In this document: one piece after another, positions 58,660 to 64,000 of the stretch
Layout of the letters: each line of letters starts with the position of its first letter
Position numbering within the stretch: the stretch's first letter is position 1
Virus record (IMG/VR): IMGVR_UViG_3300025137_005412
Span: 64,001 to 128,000 of that record
Source of the DNA: a virus
Length of the DNA stretch: 64,000 nucleotides
Reading direction: 5' to 3' (one strand)
The notes under the pieces: model-generated
What the model saw: only the letters and a program-made list of their open reading frames with translations
The model's database searches: none
Told to the model about the DNA's origin: nothing
Made by a program: the position numbers and the translations under genes

Positions 58660-60084
58660 ATGGCCACAAAAGATTTAATCAACTTAGGTATATCACCCGA
58701 CTCAGGAACAGGAGACTCGGCAAGAAAAGGTGGAGCAAAGATAAATGATTTGCTTTCAGATGTTTATAGTAAATTCGGTGACAATCCGATTGGTCAAGAT
58801 ATAGACAAACCTTTCTATGGTTATCGTAGAAGATTTGGTGAGTTTGAATATAGAGTTGGTGAATTACATCCTGCGGGAAAATACCTCAACATCTCTTTTA
58901 GAACTGTAAACGCCAATAGAGATTCAGATTACACAACTGGTTTTAAATTACTAGATCAAACAAGAGGTTGGAGAATCGATGCTGATTCAGATAATGATGG
59001 TATTCCAGATTTATATTTAGATTCAGAATTTTATTTTGCATCAAGAGGAGAAACTATCGATGTTGATGTTTCTGGTGTAGATGTAAATAGAACTGCTCAC
59101 GTAGTATTACCTATTGCACAAGCTGGTGATGTAATTAAAATAAGAGAATCAAGAGGTTCTTTCTCAAATGGTAGGTCAATGTCAATATGGACAACACCAT
59201 TTAGATTCAAAGATTCAGATCAAAGAGCTGAATGGAAAAACAATTCAAATAACGTTGTAGCACCACAAAATAAACACACATTTGTAAGAGACATTGATGG
59301 TACATTTCAAAATGCATCAGCATTTAGTATTCCATTTGATTCAGAAGGTGCAGTATTTTCTCAACGTTCATTAGGTTATGGTGTAAGTTATGCTGGTGAA
59401 CTTGGTTCATACGGTATTAAGTCTTCTATTGAACTAAATTCAAATCATTCTATATATGAGTTTACATATTCTGGCCATGATATTGGTTGGGTATTTGTAA
59501 GACATAATATAAGAGCATCAGCAAGAGATTCAGATAATTTAAAAATCTATACAGATATATTTGATTCAGATGATTGGCATCAAACAACTGCTAATTTCAC
59601 AATTGGCGGTGTCACAGAAGTTCCATCTGGTAGATATATGCTACCAATAACAAGATATTCGTTTGCTGATACAACATTTAGTAGAGAGTTTGAAAGTTTA
59701 CAATCTGTAATGGATGTTAAGATCTATAAAGCTGTAATGCAAGATGGAAACAAAACTACTATAAATAATGAAGTACTAGAATTTATTAGATCACAACTTT
59801 ATAACTCAATTGATTCTGAAATGGGTGCAAGTAATACTGATTCTGATAAAGTTTCAAGATTTAAAACGGTATGGGGTACTCAAGGTGCAGACTCAGATAG
59901 CGCACAACCTGGTTCCTATACAAATACAAATAGCTATGGTGCTGATGGTTATACTGGATTCAATGATGTTGATAAGATGTTTATTCCAGTTGATGTCACA
60001 ACAGTTATGGATAATGAAGGAAATGCAATTGTATTTTCACAAACAAAATTTAAAGGACAAGCAAAGATTATAACTTTAGGATAA
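58660..60084 (+). CDS. Baseplate fibre-connector gp9/gp10-like protein, DSD-rich
   Basis: INLG..PD.GTGD.AR.GG.KIN....VY..FGD N-terminus; about 10 DS[D/E]. Confidence 0.7.
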   Translation: MATKDLINLGISPDSGTGDSARKGGAKINDLLSDVYSKFGDNPIGQDIDKPFYGYRRRFGEFEYRVGELHPAGKYLNISFRTVNANRDSDYTTGFKLLDQTRGWRIDADSDNDGIPDLYLDSEFYFASRGETIDVDVSGVDVNRTAHVVLPIAQAGDVIKIRESRGSFSNGRSMSIWTTPFRFKDSDQRAEWKNNSNNVVAPQNKHTFVRDIDGTFQNASAFSIPFDSEGAVFSQRSLGYGVSYAGELGSYGIKSSIELNSNHSIYEFTYSGHDIGWVFVRHNIRASARDSDNLKIYTDIFDSDDWHQTTANFTIGGVTEVPSGRYMLPITRYSFADTTFSREFESLQSVMDVKIYKAVMQDGNKTTINNEVLEFIRSQLYNSIDSEMGASNTDSDKVSRFKTVWGTQGADSDSAQPGSYTNTNSYGADGYTGFNDVDKMFIPVDVTTVMDNEGNAIVFSQTKFKGQAKIITLG

Positions 60085-60087
60085 TAA

Positions 60088-62256
60088 ATGACTATTAATT
60101 TTAATAACGGCAGACCAACATATCAACACAGAAGATCTTTATCAACAGGATTGAATGCTGAAGGTCAACCAACCACAGATCAGATAGAACAAGGTGAGAT
60201 AGCCATTAACCTTTCTACAAGAAAGATTTATACAAAACGTCCTACTGTTTCTCGTGACTCTGATGGTAAATCAGATGTTTTAGAAGTAGGTAAAATATTA
60301 AGAAGTGGTGTTAAATATCGTCTTCCAGGATTTCAACCATTTGGTCAACAGATTCAAAATGGTGGTCAAATTAAAGTTATTTCAAGAAGAATTTTAGATT
60401 CAGATCAAGCTGGTTTATCAGTTAAAATTAAAATTAGACAACATGGATTTTTAGATTCTGATGAAGCACTAAACTATACAAGAGATTCAGATGCTTATGC
60501 TATAACCATGACAGATTCTGATGGTACAAATACATTAGCATCATCAGCTGCAAACAGAGATGGTACTATTACTAATGGTGATGGTAAAGCTTATATGATT
60601 CGTCATATACCAGTTTTCAAAGCTTTTTGTGATAGAGCTCAATCAGATAAGTTAAAGTTATTGCTTCATGATTCTGATGGTACCGCAGATTCTGATGGTA
60701 CTCCTGTTAATGCAGTTTCTGGTTCTAAATTTGGTGGTGGTATTGTAGAAGTATCTTTCAATATTGATTCAGATTTAAGTTCAACAGAAATAGCAACAAG
60801 AATTTCAAGTGCTGTAAATAGTTCATCAGCACTAGCCGCAATGGATGCTAAGATTAAAGCTGAAGTTGATAGAACAAGTCCAGATATTGTATACATTTAT
60901 GGTGGTGATAAAAAAATTACAGTAGAAGCTTCTGATAAATTTACTAAGACTATTGATAATTCAATCACACCATTATTTAAGTTTGTACCACAAGATTCAG
61001 ATACTAATTTCTTAAAGAGAGATTCAGAGAATGATTCAGACTTTGCAAAAAGAGTTGAAGTCACATTCTTCTACTTAGATGAAACAAAACCAAGAATTGC
61101 CGCTACTGGTGAGATCATGGATACTTCTACATTCGGTATTGATACTATTTCAAACTCACCTATCTTTGCAAGAAATTCTCTTATTCTAAAGAATGTGGTC
61201 GGTAATATTGGAACTGTTGATTCAGATCAAACAGCTCCTGGTCAAGTAAATGCTACAGAAAATAATAGATTCAAATTAAGACCAGCTGCATTTACCGGTG
61301 TTGATGAGATTATTGCACTTAATGCGGTTGCAGTTGTAAGTGCTACACCACCTGCATTTGATATTACTAACGGTTCATTATGGTTAGAAGATAATAGTAA
61401 TAAAACACCAAGATTTGATGCTGTTGATTCAGAAACCCATCACATGGAAGTTGTATTCAACAGAAGAGGCACATTCACAGGTAATCCAGATTCAGAATTC
61501 TCAGTTCCTTACGGTGCATTAGTAAATCAAACAGCTGCCGATTCAGATGATAAAGTATTAAACATTAATGTTGGAGATTCAGAAGCTGGTGTTGCAAGAA
61601 AAATTGTAAACTTATTAAATGATTCTGATTATAAAACAAGAGCAGGTAGAAAAGGAACAGCAATTCAAAGAAACTCTATGGGTTCAGGTCTCATGGGTAG
61701 ATATGATTCAGATTCAGATGGTTCTCCTAGAGGAACAGGCTATAAGTTCATATCAGTAATGTATGATTCAGAGCATGACTCTGATCTATTTGGTAAGAGA
61801 ATTTATCTACCAACAAATGATGATTCAGATGGTAGAAATATTGTAGTAAGAACTGGCACAGATACCGATCAACATTTTGATGGTCTTGTTATTGAGATAA
61901 TCAATAAACAAACAGAGACTGGTAGAACATTTGCAGGTTTCAGAGCCGCAGAGATTTACTTCTTAGATGCAACATTAATTGATGATCCTACAGCACAAAC
62001 TAAAGCATTGGATTTATCATCTGCAGAAAGAACAGATAAAAATATTGTTAAACACTCAGTAAAACCAGGTATGAGTAATACCGATTCAGATGGATCATAT
62101 AGATATGCTGAGTGGAGAACTATTAGTTCAACATCAGTACTTTCACCTCAAGCACTATCACTTAGTATTGCTGGTCAAAGTTTCTCAAGTACACAATCAT
62201 TAATTGTACAAGATGTGAATGGATTAACGGTTCTTTCTGGTCAACTATTAGTATAA
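60088..62256 (+). CDS. Tail fibre protein, DSD-rich
   Basis: RRS...G..P....GEIAIN....IYTK resembles the T4 gp37-type fibre N-terminus; about 23 DS[D/E]. Confidence 0.7.
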   Translation: MTINFNNGRPTYQHRRSLSTGLNAEGQPTTDQIEQGEIAINLSTRKIYTKRPTVSRDSDGKSDVLEVGKILRSGVKYRLPGFQPFGQQIQNGGQIKVISRRILDSDQAGLSVKIKIRQHGFLDSDEALNYTRDSDAYAITMTDSDGTNTLASSAANRDGTITNGDGKAYMIRHIPVFKAFCDRAQSDKLKLLLHDSDGTADSDGTPVNAVSGSKFGGGIVEVSFNIDSDLSSTEIATRISSAVNSSSALAAMDAKIKAEVDRTSPDIVYIYGGDKKITVEASDKFTKTIDNSITPLFKFVPQDSDTNFLKRDSENDSDFAKRVEVTFFYLDETKPRIAATGEIMDTSTFGIDTISNSPIFARNSLILKNVVGNIGTVDSDQTAPGQVNATENNRFKLRPAAFTGVDEIIALNAVAVVSATPPAFDITNGSLWLEDNSNKTPRFDAVDSETHHMEVVFNRRGTFTGNPDSEFSVPYGALVNQTAADSDDKVLNINVGDSEAGVARKIVNLLNDSDYKTRAGRKGTAIQRNSMGSGLMGRYDSDSDGSPRGTGYKFISVMYDSEHDSDLFGKRIYLPTNDDSDGRNIVVRTGTDTDQHFDGLVIEIINKQTETGRTFAGFRAAEIYFLDATLIDDPTAQTKALDLSSAERTDKNIVKHSVKPGMSNTDSDGSYRYAEWRTISSTSVLSPQALSLSIAGQSFSSTQSLIVQDVNGLTVLSGQLLV

Positions 62257-62264
62257 GGTAAATT

Positions 62265-63245
62265 ATGGCAAGACCACTAAAGATTAACGGAACTTCTGGT
62301 TTAAAGCAAATGACCGATGGCGAGTTGGATCGTATACAATATAATCTCAGAATACGTTATGCAAGTTTTTTAAGGTATTGGCATACTAGTTCAGGTGTTA
62401 ACGCAGCTGGCGGACAAACAACTTCAGGTAATGGTCCAGGAGGAGCATTGAATGTTGGTTCAGTTTCTGGTTGGACTTCAATCGGTTCTGCAACAGATAC
62501 TATATCTACTCAACAAACTGCAACTAATCCAAGAAATAACTCTGGTGGTGATGATTATCCAGCTTCTCCAGGTATTGGTTCAAGTACAGTCACAACTTAT
62601 GCTTACTATCAGAATAGAGCTGCTACAAATTTAGGTACTAGTTTTTCAGGTAATGATCAATATTCATATTTAAAATTCATATCACCAGCAACTTTAAGAA
62701 CAGCATCAAATTATGCAACTGATTTCTTTGATGAAATTATTACTCAATGTATAACTGATATGGGTACTGGTGATGAAGTAGGATCATATAGAGTTAGTAC
62801 ATCTGCACCTTCAAGTGGTGGTGCTGGTACTTGGGTAGATTGTGGAACATTCCATAGTGATACTACATACTCAGCTGGTACAACAACACATAAATTGTGG
62901 TTAAAGACTGCATTAGATTCTGTTCCAGGTTCTGATGTAAAACCAGTTATGTGGAGTGGAAGTGCTATAAAAGAAGTTGCTTCTATTACAGAAACAGGTT
63001 CATGGCAAGCAACAAGTTTTATGGATCAAAGTTTAGTGCCTGCTTTAATTACAAGACTTTCATCACAAAATTTACAATATTCTGTAGGTACTACAGCATC
63101 TAATTCTAGAGGAAGTTTTACAGATACAAGACAAACAGGTTCAACAGACGCAAGTTCATTTAGTGATCCAACATATACAATAGTTTCAACACCATCTGGT
63201 TCTGCTTCTACACAAACTACTAACTTCTTGAATTTAGCTTACTAA
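62265..63245 (+). CDS. Ser/Thr/Gly-rich virion structural protein
   Basis: MARPLK...GL..MTD N-terminus, beta-rich; follows the fibre gene. Confidence 0.6.
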   Translation: MARPLKINGTSGLKQMTDGELDRIQYNLRIRYASFLRYWHTSSGVNAAGGQTTSGNGPGGALNVGSVSGWTSIGSATDTISTQQTATNPRNNSGGDDYPASPGIGSSTVTTYAYYQNRAATNLGTSFSGNDQYSYLKFISPATLRTASNYATDFFDEIITQCITDMGTGDEVGSYRVSTSAPSSGGAGTWVDCGTFHSDTTYSAGTTTHKLWLKTALDSVPGSDVKPVMWSGSAIKEVASITETGSWQATSFMDQSLVPALITRLSSQNLQYSVGTTASNSRGSFTDTRQTGSTDASSFSDPTYTIVSTPSGSASTQTTNFLNLAY

Positions 63246-63261
63246 CGGAAATAAATAATAT

Positions 63262-64000
63262 ATGAATGATTCTGATAACATTATAGAACAAGAATATCCT
63301 GAAGATTTTAAATCTGGCGATATTAAAACGTTTGATCGTGAAGGTACAGAAGTACCTAGAGAAGATATGAAGATTAAACGTGGAGGAGTTCTACAAAATC
63401 AAGGTCAAAGACCAGAAGAAATTGATGGTAGTCTTACTGTTAAAAATGTTCAATGGCTTGATGAAGAAAGAACTGCTGTAAGAGTATCTTTCTTTGATTC
63501 AGAAGGTTGGGGAAGAGTAGAAAATCATGCTGCTAACACAAATGGTTCAGGTACTTTCTTCTCTAAAGTATTACAACAATACACTATTGACGATATTGAT
63601 AAAGATACATCAGACTTCTGGAAAGCAGAACAAGATGTTGCTGAAGAATTACAACAATTCAGAGAATGGAAATCAGCTGGTGGTTTACTAAATACCCACA
63701 TTGATGAAGATGAACTTCGTATGGAAATTGAAAATGAAGTTAGAGGTCAAATAGAATTAGAAAATCCTATTGCTCCAGAACCTGAAATTGTAGAAAAAAT
63801 TGTTGAGAAAGTTGAAGAAATACCAGTTGAAGTTCCTACTATATCAGTAGAACATATGGCTAAGAACTATTCTCAAGAAGACTTATTTAGAATGAAAATT
63901 GAAGTCTTTGATATCCCTGCTGTAAGAGCTGCTAGCAAAGATATTAAATCACGAATCCGTAAAGCTGCTACCCCTGTTGAGTTGTTCTCCATAATTCATG
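63262..64000 (+). CDS. Acidic hypothetical protein, truncated by the window end (possible fibre chaperone)
   Basis: MNDSDNIIEQEYPEDF... open to the window end; AATAAATA 4 nt upstream; LF..K...F....V.......K..IRKA.T motif. Confidence 0.65.
   Translation, partial: MNDSDNIIEQEYPEDFKSGDIKTFDREGTEVPREDMKIKRGGVLQNQGQRPEEIDGSLTVKNVQWLDEERTAVRVSFFDSEGWGRVENHAANTNGSGTFFSKVLQQYTIDDIDKDTSDFWKAEQDVAEELQQFREWKSAGGLLNTHIDEDELRMEIENEVRGQIELENPIAPEPEIVEKIVEKVEEIPVEVPTISVEHMAKNYSQEDLFRMKIEVFDIPAVRAASKDIKSRIRKAATPVELFSIIH

Noticed and set aside
1-64000. tRNAs, introns, inteins, stop-codon reassignment, integrase or prophage boundaries
   Set aside because: Coding density is near complete under the standard code, there is no intergenic space with cloverleaf features that I could recognise, no split core genes, and no host-like flank; a tRNAscan/Infernal run would be needed for certainty.

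Overview
AT-rich 64 kb segment of a T4-like (Tevenvirinae/Kyanoviridae-style) myovirus genome, most similar in gene content to aquatic/marine T4-like phages of heterotrophic proteobacteria. The host cannot be fixed from sequence alone. Left part (1-19.5 kb): redox and lipid genes (MaoC, glutaredoxin, peroxiredoxin), a T4-type DNA alpha-glucosyltransferase next to GalE and a TagD-like cytidylyltransferase, a curli-type (CsgF/CsgG/curlin) operon coupled to a FecR protein and a CHASE2 adenylate cyclase, a B12-type radical SAM enzyme, gp32/gp59/gp33 with an inserted alternative oxidase, an exonuclease, ClpX and IscU. Right part (19.5-64 kb): tail, baseplate, neck and fibre genes (gp2, gp54-like, gp26, gp51, tape-measure-like, gp4, gp48, gp53, hub, gp5, PAAR, gp25, gp6, gp7, gp8, a 2090-aa structural protein, gp14, gp15, gp9/10-like, fibres), holin/endolysin, and an inverted cassette of fibre-like genes. 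The most striking unexplained signal is a D-S-[D/E] tripeptide scattered roughly 150 times (counted by eye) through a specific subset of virion proteins and almost absent from non-structural proteins, suggesting a virion-wide modification or ion-binding sequon. Other notable signals: a probable -1 frameshift joining gp26 to gp51, NATAAATA late promoters sitting exactly 4 nt before start codons, and GC-rich CGGGTA clusters. All calls come from motif recognition; no database searches were run.
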